Positions 29,621 to 39,152 are shown, numbered from the stretch's first letter. The stretch is DNA of 64,000 nucleotides from Candidatus Nomurabacteria bacterium (GCA_943359395.1 CALRHH010000004.1:1699-65698); one strand, 5' to 3'. Numbers and translations are program-made. The notes: generated by a model not told the origin, from the letters alone.

Positions 29621-30664
29621 TTAAGCTCCCCGAGAGACATTGGCGTATATCGAGAGCAGCGCAAACAGAAGGCTGAGCGACAGCGGTCCAAGGAAGATAC
29701 CGATGGGACCGAAGAACATGATACCGCCGAGAACCGCGAGGAGAACGAGGAGTGGGTGGAGGTGCATCCCGCTGCCGATGAGTTTGGGCGAAAGAAAGTT
29801 GTCGATGAGACCTACGGCGAGCGTTCCCCACGCGAGGAGTCCGATTGCCTGCGGCGTCGCTCCGGTAAAAAAGAGAAACGCGACTGCAGGAATAAAGACG
29901 AGCGAGGTGCCGACACCTGGAATGAGCGCCGCGAGGGCGGCCACAGTTCCCCACAGAACAGCGCTCGGCACCCTAAAAAGAGTGAGGCCAACTATTGAAA
30001 GGCCCCCCTGCACGAGCGCAATGGTGAGATTCCCCTTGATAACGGAGTTGACCGCGTGCTCAAGCCTGTCGAAAACACCCTCATCGTCCCTATCATTCAG
30101 AGGAGAAAGCTCGATGAGTATTTGTCGCACGCGCTTTCCGTCGCGCAAGAGGTAGTAGAGTGCGATAAAGAAAACAAAGAACGAGAGGAGGAGGGACGAG
30201 ATGCTTGAGAAAATATCGCCGGCATTTCCAGTAATCCACTGCAGTGCTTCCTTTGTATAGGTATCAATATTCGCCGAGACGTCCCGGGAAAATTCCCCGA
30301 TTCCGGGAACAACCCCGCCGAACGAGGCGTCAATTCGAAGGAAGAGTTCTGCGATGGTGCTCCGCCCGCCCGCCTCTTCAAGTGAGAAGTATACTTCACG
30401 CGCTTCATTTCCGACGAGCACTCCAACGAGAGCGAGCGGAAGAAGTATGAGAACGACACTTATGACAACCGTAAGCAGCGCGGCGATGCTTGGCCAACCG
30501 CCAAGAAGCTGGGACATTTTTCTATACAGTCCTTGAAGAACGACGGCAAACACCGCGGCGAGAATGAGAGGCTTCAAAAACGGCGAGAATATCAGCGCTA
30601 CAAGAACAATCGCCACTGCGAGTAGAACCATCAAGAAATACGGTCGCAGGCGCTCACCTTGCAT
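29621..30664 (-). CDS. AI-2E family transporter (PerM/UPF0118).
   Basis: Eight-TM topology with characteristic AI-2E spacing and a conserved G-rich C-terminal region. Confidence 0.8.
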   Translation of the reverse strand: MQGERLRPYFLMVLLAVAIVLVALIFSPFLKPLILAAVFAVVLQGLYRKMSQLLGGWPSIAALLTVVISVVLILLPLALVGVLVGNEAREVYFSLEEAGGRSTIAELFLRIDASFGGVVPGIGEFSRDVSANIDTYTKEALQWITGNAGDIFSSISSLLLSFFVFFIALYYLLRDGKRVRQILIELSPLNDRDDEGVFDRLEHAVNSVIKGNLTIALVQGGLSIVGLTLFRVPSAVLWGTVAALAALIPGVGTSLVFIPAVAFLFFTGATPQAIGLLAWGTLAVGLIDNFLSPKLIGSGMHLHPLLVLLAVLGGIMFFGPIGIFLGPLSLSLLFALLSIYANVSRGA

Positions 30665-30673
30665 ATAGGAGGA

Positions 30674-30741
30674 GTATACCCCGTGAGATAAACACTTCCA
30701 CCTTTTACTGTGGTTCGGACATTCCTATCTCACGGGGTATA
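30674..30741. repeat. Inverted pair of the family-1 motif GTATACCCCGTGAGATA with a 35-nt spacer, upstream of the AI-2E transporter start.
   Basis: GTATACCCCGTGAGATA at 30674..30690 and its exact reverse complement TATCTCACGGGGTATA at 30726..30741. Confidence 0.8.
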
Positions 30742-30780
30742 GCAAAAAGGAGCCCCCTCTGCCTTCCGGGTAATAAACAC

Positions 30781-31191
30781 TTACAAGAAGAAAACGAGAT
30801 AGAGACCAATTGCCGTTATGAGAGCCCCGACGAGCGGCATCGTCGAGACGGGAAACTTCTTCACCATGGCGTGAAGTTGTTCAGGAGCAAAAATGTAGAC
30901 GATTCCCTTGATAAGAATCGCCCAAGACATGACCATCACAAACAGCGACAGATAATCTGTTCCCGTGTTTCCCCGCAGAACGAGGGTTGCCCCACCAAAA
31001 ACAAGCGCTATGCCAGCGAGGAACGAAATAGCTCGATGCTCAAATAAATCCTTGAGCACGAGCATGAGCGTCTTCTTATGCGTAATGACAAATATCCCAC
31101 TTACCGCAAAATACACCCCCAACACCTTTGCAATGAGAACTGTCGTTTCCATAATTATATGACTGATTACGTAATAAACACACGCCACCAC
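30781..31191 (-). CDS. Hypothetical membrane protein; probable start at the internal Met at 31152.
   Basis: Three or four TM helices with no recognisable motif. Confidence 0.4.
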   Translation of the reverse strand: MVACVYYVISHIIMETTVLIAKVLGVYFAVSGIFVITHKKTLMLVLKDLFEHRAISFLAGIALVFGGATLVLRGNTGTDYLSLFVMVMSWAILIKGIVYIFAPEQLHAMVKKFPVSTMPLVGALITAIGLYLVFFL

Positions 31192-31301
31192 CTACTATCA
31201 GTTAAATATACACCCGCCCCGCACGCAGATATTATGAAAAGTGGATAGGTCGAATGGGAGCGATTTTGGAACTTTCTTAAGAGTGATGTATGTAGATAAA
31301 A

Positions 31302-31340
31302 AATTGCCGGCAGTAATGCCGGCAATTTTCTTTATGCAGT
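31302..31340. terminator. Bidirectional intrinsic terminator.
   Basis: Perfect hairpin AAAATTGCCGGCA-GTAA-TGCCGGCAATTTT, with an A-run on one side and a T-run on the other. Confidence 0.7.
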
Positions 31341-31513
31341 TGGATTTTCTGCGGGAGTCGCTGGCTCTGCGGGAGTCGCAGGAGCCGCTGGCGTTTCCGA
31401 CATAGGAGCGGGCGTTGGAACTTCCGCTGCTGGGTTTGTTTCATCAACCATATCAAGGATTTTATCCTAGTAAACGCGAGGCGACGACCTTTAGGTGATC
31501 ATATCATACATTT

Positions 31514-31587
31514 TGGCTGCGGGACTTGGATTCGAACCAAGATACTCTCCTCCAGAGGGAGAAGTCCTACCATTAGACGATCCCGCA
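31514..31587 (-). tRNA. tRNA-Gln (CUG).
   Basis: Manual fold: U1:A72 acceptor, anticodon stem TCTCC/GGAGA with loop CTCTGGA, T-arm CTTGG-TTCGAAT-CCAAG, CCA encoded. Confidence 0.8.
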
Positions 31588-31604
31588 ATGTTCACACTCT
31601 TCGC

Positions 31605-31636
31605 AACTCGCAAAAAGTGTGCGCCGTGAGGCGCAC
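31605..31636 (-). terminator. Intrinsic terminator downstream of the VKOR gene.
   Basis: GTGCGCC-GTGA-GGCGCAC hairpin followed on the minus strand by ACTTTTTGCG. Confidence 0.55.
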
Positions 31637-31668
31637 GCTCATCATACACGATTCTCGTTTCGCCTCAA

Positions 31669-32085
31669 TTATTCGCGGTGAGCCGCAAATGCGATGCTGA
31701 AAATCGCGATGTAGACGAGGAGTCCGTAGGCACACGTCGGGAGTCCGAGAACGTACGAGGAGAAGCCTTCAGCAAAGAGCCGCGGCAACTCTTGAAGCGT
31801 GAAGTATCCTGAAAAGAGGATGCCTGCGCCTGAAACGACCTTCAACGCATTGAGGGCCATCGAACGCGTCAACGCCCCCCAGAAGTACTGAGTAAGGAGT
31901 ATCGTCATGACGGCGTACATCGCGAACCCATAATAGCACGCGGGATAGCCGAGGAAGTACGGGCACGGCTCGTTGAGCGCGCAAACTTCCGAGAAAAGCT
32001 TAACTCCACTCAAGTAGCCTGCAAAGAGAAGCCCCGCGATGGAGAGTGCGAAGAGGAGGCGGAAGCGTCCCGTAATGAGATGCAT
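31669..32085 (-). CDS. Vitamin K epoxide reductase (VKOR)-family membrane protein.
   Basis: Four TM helices with cysteine pairs (CALNEPCPYFLGYPAC), typical of VKOR partners of DsbA. Confidence 0.65.
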   Translation of the reverse strand: MHLITGRFRLLFALSIAGLLFAGYLSGVKLFSEVCALNEPCPYFLGYPACYYGFAMYAVMTILLTQYFWGALTRSMALNALKVVSGAGILFSGYFTLQELPRLFAEGFSSYVLGLPTCAYGLLVYIAIFSIAFAAHRE

Positions 32086-32091
32086 AGTGTT

Positions 32092-33162
32092 TTACCCGGT
32101 GATGCCCGAGAGGGAGTGTGGTTTGCCTTCGGCAATAGCCGCGTGTGTGATGCGGATGAATTGTGCTTTCTTTTCAAATTCTGGAATGGTCTTCGCACCG
32201 ACATAGCCCATGCCTACCTGCACGCCGGATGCGAGTGTCGCAATTATCTCCCCCACTGGTCCTTTGTACGGCACGAGAGCTTCTACCCCCTCAGGCACTG
32301 CCTTGCGTCCGTGAGTGAAGTACCGCTCCGAGCCCGACGCGCTTTTGATGACCGCCTGAGAACCCATGCCACGGTATTCTTTGAACTTTTTGCCGTCTTT
32401 CTCGACGATTTTGCCCGGCGATTCATCGGTGCCTGCGAAGAGATTGCCGAGCATGACCGCCGAGGCTCCTGCAGCGAGCGCCTTGGCGATGTCGCCAGAG
32501 GTGCGAATGCCGCCATCTGCAATGACGGGTACTTTGTACTTGCGAGCAACAGAGACAACATCGAGCACGGCCGAGAGCTGTGGCACGCCTACGCCTGAAA
32601 TAAGTCGTGTCGTACAAATGCTTCCAGGGCCGACGCCGACCTTGACGGCGTCTGCAAATGCGCATACGGCCTTGGCGGCTTCTCCGGTCGCGATGTTGCC
32701 AAATATCATCTTGGAGTGTTTCAGGTTTTTCTTTATTTTGCGTGCGCTCTCTACAACATTCAGATTGTGTCCGTGTGCGCAATCGATAACGACGACGTCA
32801 CATCCCGCTTCATCAAGCGCCTTCGCGCGGTCGGCGGCAAACGGACCGCATGCTGCGGCAACTTTCACCCCAGCCTCTTTTACGTGTTTTACTATCTTGA
32901 CCTGCACCTCTATCGAACAGTTGCGATGAATGACGCCAAGGCCTCCGAGTTTGCCGAGGGCTATCGCCATTTCCTCTTCCGTCACGCGATCCATCGCGGC
33001 GGAGAGGAAGGGCACCGAGAGCTCGATGCCTGCTATTTTTGTTTTGAGAGACGCGTCCGCAGGCTCCATCTGTGAAGCACCCGGTCGGATGAGGACGTCA
33101 TCGAATGTAAAACCCTCCTTGAGAATCTTAGCTGCCACTTGTGGTGAGCTACGTCGAATCAT
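32092..33162 (-). CDS. guaB: IMP dehydrogenase / GMP reductase family protein, a GuaB-like enzyme lacking the CBS pair.
   Basis: FTFDDVLIRPG N-terminus, catalytic GVGPGSICTTRLISGVGVPQLSAV, and ADGGIRTSGDIAKALAAGAS. At 356 aa the CBS subdomain is replaced by a short loop. Confidence 0.8.
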   Translation of the reverse strand: MIRRSSPQVAAKILKEGFTFDDVLIRPGASQMEPADASLKTKIAGIELSVPFLSAAMDRVTEEEMAIALGKLGGLGVIHRNCSIEVQVKIVKHVKEAGVKVAAACGPFAADRAKALDEAGCDVVVIDCAHGHNLNVVESARKIKKNLKHSKMIFGNIATGEAAKAVCAFADAVKVGVGPGSICTTRLISGVGVPQLSAVLDVVSVARKYKVPVIADGGIRTSGDIAKALAAGASAVMLGNLFAGTDESPGKIVEKDGKKFKEYRGMGSQAVIKSASGSERYFTHGRKAVPEGVEALVPYKGPVGEIIATLASGVQVGMGYVGAKTIPEFEKKAQFIRITHAAIAEGKPHSLSGITG

Positions 33163-33191
33163 GGTCCATTATACTCTCTCGCGTCGAAAAG

Positions 33192-34874
33192 TCAATCTCT
33201 TTTTCCTATCGCAGCCTTGATAAACGCGCTAAAGAGCGGGTGCGGTGTAAGAGGTCGAGCCTTGAGTTCAGGATGGAACTGTGTGCCGAGCATAAACGGA
33301 TGCACACTTTTGGGCAGTTCCGCTATTTCCATAAGATGTCCGCTTGGCGATTTACCCGAGAATACGAGCCCCGCTTGTTCTAGACGCTCAATATACTCAG
33401 GATTTACTTCAAAGCGATGGCGATGACGTTCCGAGATGGCGTCTTTTCCGTCCGCCTTCGCCAAGGCTCCGGCGGACAAGTATGCTTCATGTGCAAGCGT
33501 CCCTTTCACAAGGTCGCACGGGTAGGCACCCAAACGCATTGAGCCGCCGTAATTCTTCTTCGCGAGCTTCTCTATCTGCTCGGGCAAAATGGCGATGACG
33601 GGATGCGGACTCTTCGGGTCTATTTCGGTCGTGTGTGCTCCTTCGAGGCCGGCCACGTTGCGTGTATATTCGACAATCATCAATTGCATTCCGTAGCAGA
33701 GGCCGAAGTATGGAATCTTGTTCTCACGCGCAAAACGAATCGCGTTAATTTTTCCTTCGATGCCGGTCTCGCCGAATCCACCGGGCACAATGATGCCATC
33801 ATAATTCTTGAGCTCTGCTACAGACTTTGGGTCGGTCTCGTAATTCTTTGCATTGAGCCATGCGATTTCGGGCTTCACGCCGTGCGCGAAAGCGGAAAAT
33901 TTTATAGCCTCAATGACTGAGATATAGGCATCAGAGAGAACAAACTCCCCTGTATCAAAATACTTACCCACTACCCCAATCTTTACCGTGCCATTGCCGT
34001 TGTGTGCGTGTTCTGCGAACGACTTCCACTCGGAAAAATCAGGCGTCTGCTTCGGACGCTTGCCCAAAAGACTCATGAGAGTCTCTGAGAGTTTGTCACG
34101 TTCGAAATTGAGAGGAACATCGTAAATAGAATCGACGTCGGGTGCGGAGATGATGTGCTCTGCTTGCACATTGCACCAGATTGCGAGTTTTTCTTTTCTC
34201 TTCTTGTCGAGCGTATGCGTAGAACGAGCAATGATGATGTCGGGCTGGACGCCGTACGCGTTGAGCTGACGCACCGCATTTTGTGTCGGCTTTGTTTTCA
34301 TTTCACCGACGGTGCTGGGCACCGGCAAGTAGGAAACCATCACAAAGAGCACGTCGGAAGAATGCTTGAGATGCATGACGCGCGCAGCGTCAATGAAAAG
34401 CGCATTGGAGAAATCGCCAAGCGTGCCCCCAATCTCCACGACAGTCACGTCTGACTTTGCCATGCGAGCGGACTTCTCAAGGCGTCCGACAATTTCATCT
34501 CGCACGTGCGGAATCGCTTCAACGCACTTTCCACCATACGCGAGGTTTCGTTCTTTTTCGATTACTGTCTTATAGACCATGCCGCTCGTCATGTAGTCCT
34601 CCGGTCCAAGGTCACGCCCCAAGAAGCGCTCGTAATTTCCCATGTCTTGGTCGGTCTCCAAGCCACTATCGAGGACAAACACCTCTCCGTGTTCTATCGG
34701 ATTCATCGTTCCCGCGTCCACGTTTAAGTAGGGGTCGATTTTCACAAGGTTGACGCTCAGTCCGCGTGCGGTCAGAAGCTTACCGATAGAGGCTGCGGCG
34801 ATACCCTTGCCGACCGCAGACATAACACCGCCCACGACGAAAATATACTTGTGTCCTGCGCGCGCACGCTTCAT
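33192..34874 (-). CDS. pyrG: CTP synthase.
   Basis: KYIFVVGGVMSAVGKGI N-terminus and a glutamine amidotransferase domain with the GLCYGMQ cysteine. Confidence 0.95.
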   Translation of the reverse strand: MKRARAGHKYIFVVGGVMSAVGKGIAAASIGKLLTARGLSVNLVKIDPYLNVDAGTMNPIEHGEVFVLDSGLETDQDMGNYERFLGRDLGPEDYMTSGMVYKTVIEKERNLAYGGKCVEAIPHVRDEIVGRLEKSARMAKSDVTVVEIGGTLGDFSNALFIDAARVMHLKHSSDVLFVMVSYLPVPSTVGEMKTKPTQNAVRQLNAYGVQPDIIIARSTHTLDKKRKEKLAIWCNVQAEHIISAPDVDSIYDVPLNFERDKLSETLMSLLGKRPKQTPDFSEWKSFAEHAHNGNGTVKIGVVGKYFDTGEFVLSDAYISVIEAIKFSAFAHGVKPEIAWLNAKNYETDPKSVAELKNYDGIIVPGGFGETGIEGKINAIRFARENKIPYFGLCYGMQLMIVEYTRNVAGLEGAHTTEIDPKSPHPVIAILPEQIEKLAKKNYGGSMRLGAYPCDLVKGTLAHEAYLSAGALAKADGKDAISERHRHRFEVNPEYIERLEQAGLVFSGKSPSGHLMEIAELPKSVHPFMLGTQFHPELKARPLTPHPLFSAFIKAAIGKRD

Positions 34875-34887
34875 AGACCTAAGAGTA

Positions 34888-35841
34888 TCACGTCTTGAGA
34901 TACCGTCGGACGGCCAAATAACTGGACAGGGCGCCGAGCGCGATACTTGTACCCATCAAAACTCCGAAGAAGAGTAGGAAATGGGCCGTGTAATACCCAA
35001 AGGAGTTGAAGGAGCCGAATAGAAGCTCGGTTGTCGGGTCGAGACCTATTAAGACAGGATGGTAGAGCAGTATTGGGTAGAGCAGTATGAGGACAACAAC
35101 GCTCGATACGACGCCGTAGAGAACGCCGGCGACCATAAAGGGACCGCGCACGTACCACCTGCTCGCTCCTACCAGATTCATGACACCTATTTCATCGCGA
35201 GATGTATAGATGGCGAGACGTATTGTATTGAGGACAATGAGAAGCGCTGAGATGGCAAGAAATACTGTCTTTGCGACACCGTTCCTTTCGGAGGTGTCGA
35301 TTATCTTGGTCAAACGGTCAATCGCGGTCTTGTTCTGGTAGAAATTTATTTTGTCTATCGCGGCACCTGCACCTGTTTGGGAATCCTGCTGAGCTTGAAG
35401 GTACTTTGCGATGCCTTCGTACTGGCTTGTTTGTTTTGCGCGAACCTCAATCGACGCACCGAGAGGATTCTCCCCAAGCTCATCGAGCGCCTGAATCGTG
35501 AGCTGGTCATTCTTGTGACGTTCGCGGAAATCGGCGAGCGCCTGTTCTCGACTGAGGTACGCGATAGAAGCAACTTCGGGTAGCGCCTGGAGTGATTTTT
35601 GGATTTGCTCAATCTGCTCCTGTGCGGCATTCGTTTGGAAGTAGACAGTAACGTCGACTTTGTTGGTGAGATCCTGGAGCGTCGCCGTCATCGCTGCATT
35701 GGATATCATAATGTTTACAAGCATGAACAGCATGATGGTCATCATGAGTATCGCGGAAAGCGAGACGAACCCGTTGCGAACGAATCCTACGAAGCCGTAT
35801 CGCGCTACTCGCTTCGTTGTGGTCCAAAGTGACATATACAA
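34888..35841 (-). CDS. ftsX: FtsX-like permease.
   Basis: Four-TM FtsX topology with a periplasmic loop; the gene lies downstream of ftsE. Confidence 0.8.
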   Translation of the reverse strand: MYMSLWTTTKRVARYGFVGFVRNGFVSLSAILMMTIMLFMLVNIMISNAAMTATLQDLTNKVDVTVYFQTNAAQEQIEQIQKSLQALPEVASIAYLSREQALADFRERHKNDQLTIQALDELGENPLGASIEVRAKQTSQYEGIAKYLQAQQDSQTGAGAAIDKINFYQNKTAIDRLTKIIDTSERNGVAKTVFLAISALLIVLNTIRLAIYTSRDEIGVMNLVGASRWYVRGPFMVAGVLYGVVSSVVVLILLYPILLYHPVLIGLDPTTELLFGSFNSFGYYTAHFLLFFGVLMGTSIALGALSSYLAVRRYLKT

Positions 35842-35856
35842 TCAAGTGTACTACGT

Positions 35857-36588
35857 TTATAGGGAGTACTTCCCGTCCTTGTCGTCCCGGACGATGCGCC
35901 CTTGATCCATCGTGACGACGCGCCTCCCTATAGAGTCCACGACTGATTTATTGTGTGTCGTAAGCAGAATAGTCGTACCGAGGTCATTTATTTTCTTCAA
36001 GATGCCGACGATGTCGTGCGTGTTGATAGGGTCGAGATTTCCCGTCGGCTCATCCGCAATGAGTACATCGGGTTGATTCACGATAGCCCTCGCGATTGCT
36101 ACGCGCTGTTGTTCACCGCCCGAGAGCTCGTGGGGAAAACTCCAAATCTTGTCCGAAAGACCTACGAGGTCCAATACGTGCGGTACATCCCCTGCAATAT
36201 CTTCATCGCTGCGACCGGCCACTTCGAGGGCAAACGCGATATTCTCATACACATTTTTAGTAGGCAGGAGACGATAATCTTGAAATATGGTCCCGATATT
36301 GCGGCGAAGCTTCAAAAGTTCGCCATTTGAGAGTTTGCTCACTTCCCGCGTACCGAAAAAGACCGTCCCTTCGGTCGGAATGACTTCCGCAAAAAGCATT
36401 TTGAGTAACGTGGTCTTTCCAGCCCCTGAATGACCTACGATGGAGACGAATTCCCCCGGTTCGACACTTAGAGTGATATCTGAGACAGCGGCGGCAGAAC
36501 CATCAAAATAAGTTTTCGTGACCTTGTCGAAAAATATCATAACAACGAGATTCATTATAACGCCTAGCGAGGAAATCGCGAAAGCCAA
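35857..36588 (-). CDS. ftsE: FtsE ABC transporter ATP-binding protein.
   Basis: GHSGAGKTTLLK Walker A, LSGGEQQRVAIARA signature, and ILIADEPTGNLD Walker B. Confidence 0.9.
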   Translation of the reverse strand: MAFAISSLGVIMNLVVMIFFDKVTKTYFDGSAAAVSDITLSVEPGEFVSIVGHSGAGKTTLLKMLFAEVIPTEGTVFFGTREVSKLSNGELLKLRRNIGTIFQDYRLLPTKNVYENIAFALEVAGRSDEDIAGDVPHVLDLVGLSDKIWSFPHELSGGEQQRVAIARAIVNQPDVLIADEPTGNLDPINTHDIVGILKKINDLGTTILLTTHNKSVVDSIGRRVVTMDQGRIVRDDKDGKYSL

Positions 36589-36627
36589 GCTTTCGCGATT
36601 TCCGAGTGACGGCGGTATATGCTTCGC

Positions 36628-37527
36628 CTATACCTTCTCTCCGAGACTATCCAAATTCCTCTCCGCGTCGACAAAGGGTTGGATGTCTCCCGCAAGTACT
36701 TTCTCGACATTCCGCTCCTCGTGCCCGGTGCGGTGATCCTTTACGAGCTGGTACGGGTGCAGAACGTACGAGCGAATCTGACTCCCCCACTCTATTTTTG
36801 TCGAAGCTCCCGCAGAAAGCCCTCGCGATTCCTGCATCTGCGCGGCTTCGCGCAACTGGTAGAGTTTACCGCGCAACATTTCAAGTGCCTTCTCTCTGTT
36901 TTGTAGTTGGCTGCGTTCAGAAGTGACCTGCACACTCATGCCCGTCGGGATATGCGTCATGCGTACCGCCGTGTCGCGCTTGTTTACGTTCTGCCCGCCG
37001 GGACCGCCCGAGCGCGCGACCGATATATCGAGATCTTTTTCTGGAATGTGTGTCTCGGGCACATCTTCGAGCTTAGGGAGTACCTCAACGAGCGAAAATG
37101 AAGTTTGTCGCTTCCCTGCGGAATTGAACGGCGACATACGTATGAGACGATGTACGCCCGCTTCGTGCTTGAGTGCGCCGTACGCACCCGAGCCGTCGAC
37201 CTCAAATGAGATACTTCGAAAACCTCCCATTGAATTTTCGTTGGATGAGAGTAGTCCTGTGTTCCAACCTTTCGTTGCTGAATATTTTTTGTACATCTCA
37301 AAAAGAATACGCGAGAAGTCTTCGGCATCGTCGCCGCCCGCCCCAGACACGATTGAGACTATTGCGTCACTTTTATCGTACTCACCTCCACCAGCGAGCT
37401 TTGCCTTCAAATCTTGGTATTCCTTGAGGACTGCCTGCGCTTTCACTTTGTCAGTCCAAAAATCCGCTGCTCCCATCGCGGTTTCTATCTCAACAATTTT
37501 GGCTTCTATAATCTCTTTAGATTGCAT
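36628..37527 (-). CDS. prfB: Peptide chain release factor 2, a short form.
   Basis: SPF tripeptide (RMSPFNS) and a GGQ motif (SGGPGGQNVNK). At 299 aa the N-terminus is truncated relative to canonical RF2, and a tRNA gene sits directly upstream. Confidence 0.85.
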   Translation of the reverse strand: MQSKEIIEAKIVEIETAMGAADFWTDKVKAQAVLKEYQDLKAKLAGGGEYDKSDAIVSIVSGAGGDDAEDFSRILFEMYKKYSATKGWNTGLLSSNENSMGGFRSISFEVDGSGAYGALKHEAGVHRLIRMSPFNSAGKRQTSFSLVEVLPKLEDVPETHIPEKDLDISVARSGGPGGQNVNKRDTAVRMTHIPTGMSVQVTSERSQLQNREKALEMLRGKLYQLREAAQMQESRGLSAGASTKIEWGSQIRSYVLHPYQLVKDHRTGHEERNVEKVLAGDIQPFVDAERNLDSLGEKV

Positions 37528-37549
37528 CCGAGCAGTATAACAATTTCGG

Positions 37550-37622
37550 AGCCGCCTCGCGGGATCGAACCGCGGACCTTATCTTTACGAAAGATATGCT
37601 CTACCAACTGAGCTAAGGCGGC
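37550..37622 (-). tRNA. tRNA-Thr (CGU).
   Basis: Manual fold of GCCGCCTTAGCTCAGTTGGTAGAGCATATCTTTCGTAAAGATAAGGTCCGCGGTTCGATCCCGCGAGGCGGCT with anticodon loop TTCGTAA. Confidence 0.85.
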
Positions 37623-37784
37623 ACTACTGCGCTCCGGCTACACCGGAGCTTCGAAGTGCAAGTCGTAGTGAAAAGTACTACTGCTTGCCCTGCGAAGCTC
37701 ATGCACTGCTTGAGCGAAGAAGGCAGCTGAGGCGGCAAACAGGGATATCCTACGCTAAAAATGCTCGATTTCCAATTTATTTTG

Positions 37785-37856
37785 AGCCAGAGGAGAGAAT
37801 CGGACTCTCGACCTCCATCTTACCAAGATGGCGTTCTACCACTGAACTACTCTGGC
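37785..37856 (-). tRNA. tRNA-Thr (GGU) with an unusual T-loop.
   Basis: GCCAGAGTAGTTCAGTGGTAGAACGCCATCTTGGTAAGATGGAGGTCGAGAGTCCGATTCTCTCCTCTGGCT has anticodon loop TTGGTAA. The T-loop reads UCCGAUU rather than UUCRANY. Confidence 0.7.
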
Positions 37857-37872
37857 AATACGAGCGATACTA

Positions 37873-38538
37873 TCACGCGAGAGGATACTCCCACAATTCT
37901 TCAACGAGCGGGGCGACTGATGCATCATGTATGTCATTCGAGGTAATGGAAGTTTCGGAGAGAATCTTCCGCTCTATCTCAAGACCTATTTTTTTATATC
38001 CTGCGTACGCGGCACTCGCGTCTTCCACAGTTTGGTATCGATGGGTATAACGACCAATTGCCTCATCAAATCGATCCTCGAGACTGACGACGCCATGTGT
38101 AGCCACTCGGCAATCGGCGTACGCAACAACCTGCAACTCTCGTGAATCTCCTTGCGCGGTCCGCTCCATCTCAGAAAAACCGACTCGGTCGATAATTGAA
38201 ACAACGGAATCCGAAAGCCCAATTTCCTGCGCAATCGCGACACTTGCCGCATGAGCACTCGTTCCGTACTTTTGAACAAACTCCCTCTGCTTTCCCCTCC
38301 AATACTCCAAGCCCTCGGGCTCCAGCAAGTCTGGGTACAGGGTGAGGTCAAATTTTACAATGTTGCCCATGTCATGAAAGAGACACGCAAGGATGACGTC
38401 GTGCGCGTTGACAGGATTCTCAAAATTATCACAAATCAATTTTCCTACCGCAGCGACGCGCAGCTGATGCAGCTGCAAGCTCGGCATGATGGTATATGCC
38501 GCATAGACTTCGCGAGGAGTCTTCATGAGAGATGACAC
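37873..38538 (-). CDS. HD-domain phosphohydrolase.
   Basis: H..LFHDMGNIVKF HD motif and a later conserved D. Confidence 0.6.
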   Translation of the reverse strand: MSSLMKTPREVYAAYTIMPSLQLHQLRVAAVGKLICDNFENPVNAHDVILACLFHDMGNIVKFDLTLYPDLLEPEGLEYWRGKQREFVQKYGTSAHAASVAIAQEIGLSDSVVSIIDRVGFSEMERTAQGDSRELQVVAYADCRVATHGVVSLEDRFDEAIGRYTHRYQTVEDASAAYAGYKKIGLEIERKILSETSITSNDIHDASVAPLVEELWEYPLA

Positions 38539-39152
38539 TACGCCGCTTTCTCCATGTTGTGACGAAGAGGCTTCTCAGGTGAATTGTCGTTGGACGCCGC
38601 AGACGGGGCAGCATCTTTAATTCGTACAAAATTATACGTGGGATTCCCGGCCAAATGCTTGAAATGCTTCGTAAGCTCCGATCCCTCGACATCTAGGTGA
38701 GGATACCGCTCATCGGGCAAGTCTTTCTTTGCTGCATCAAGAAACGTCCGTATCATCTCGAGCTGGGAATTCTCTGGTACCGACGACCATGCCTCCTTGA
38801 GACGTGCCTGACGACCACCCGGATCTAGCTCGATGTACATAAACCCAACCACTTTATCGTTCTTTTTTGCAAGATAAATTGCTTCACGCTCGGCACCACC
38901 GCGCAGCTCCGCATGAATCGGGCTCAGAGCCCCCCTTCGCTCCGTCGCGGTATTCTTTTCATAAAGATTGTCGTTCGCGGCGCCCTGCACGTTGTACCGT
39001 AGCTGCCTAATTTGCGACTGGTGCTCAAGGAACTCAGCAAGCTCCACCCGCTCGACTGTAATCCCTGACATCGGCTCAGCACTCTCCGTCTTTTCCGCCT
39101 TCTTAAGCGGCCCTTCCATATCACCCCCCCTGTTGCGCAAAGACATATACAT
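38538..39152 (-). CDS. Hypothetical protein, possibly a GNAT-like fold.
   Basis: 204-aa ORF whose start overlaps the stop of the HD gene; motifs are weak. Confidence 0.35.
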   Translation of the reverse strand: MYMSLRNRGGDMEGPLKKAEKTESAEPMSGITVERVELAEFLEHQSQIRQLRYNVQGAANDNLYEKNTATERRGALSPIHAELRGGAEREAIYLAKKNDKVVGFMYIELDPGGRQARLKEAWSSVPENSQLEMIRTFLDAAKKDLPDERYPHLDVEGSELTKHFKHLAGNPTYNFVRIKDAAPSAASNDNSPEKPLRHNMEKAA

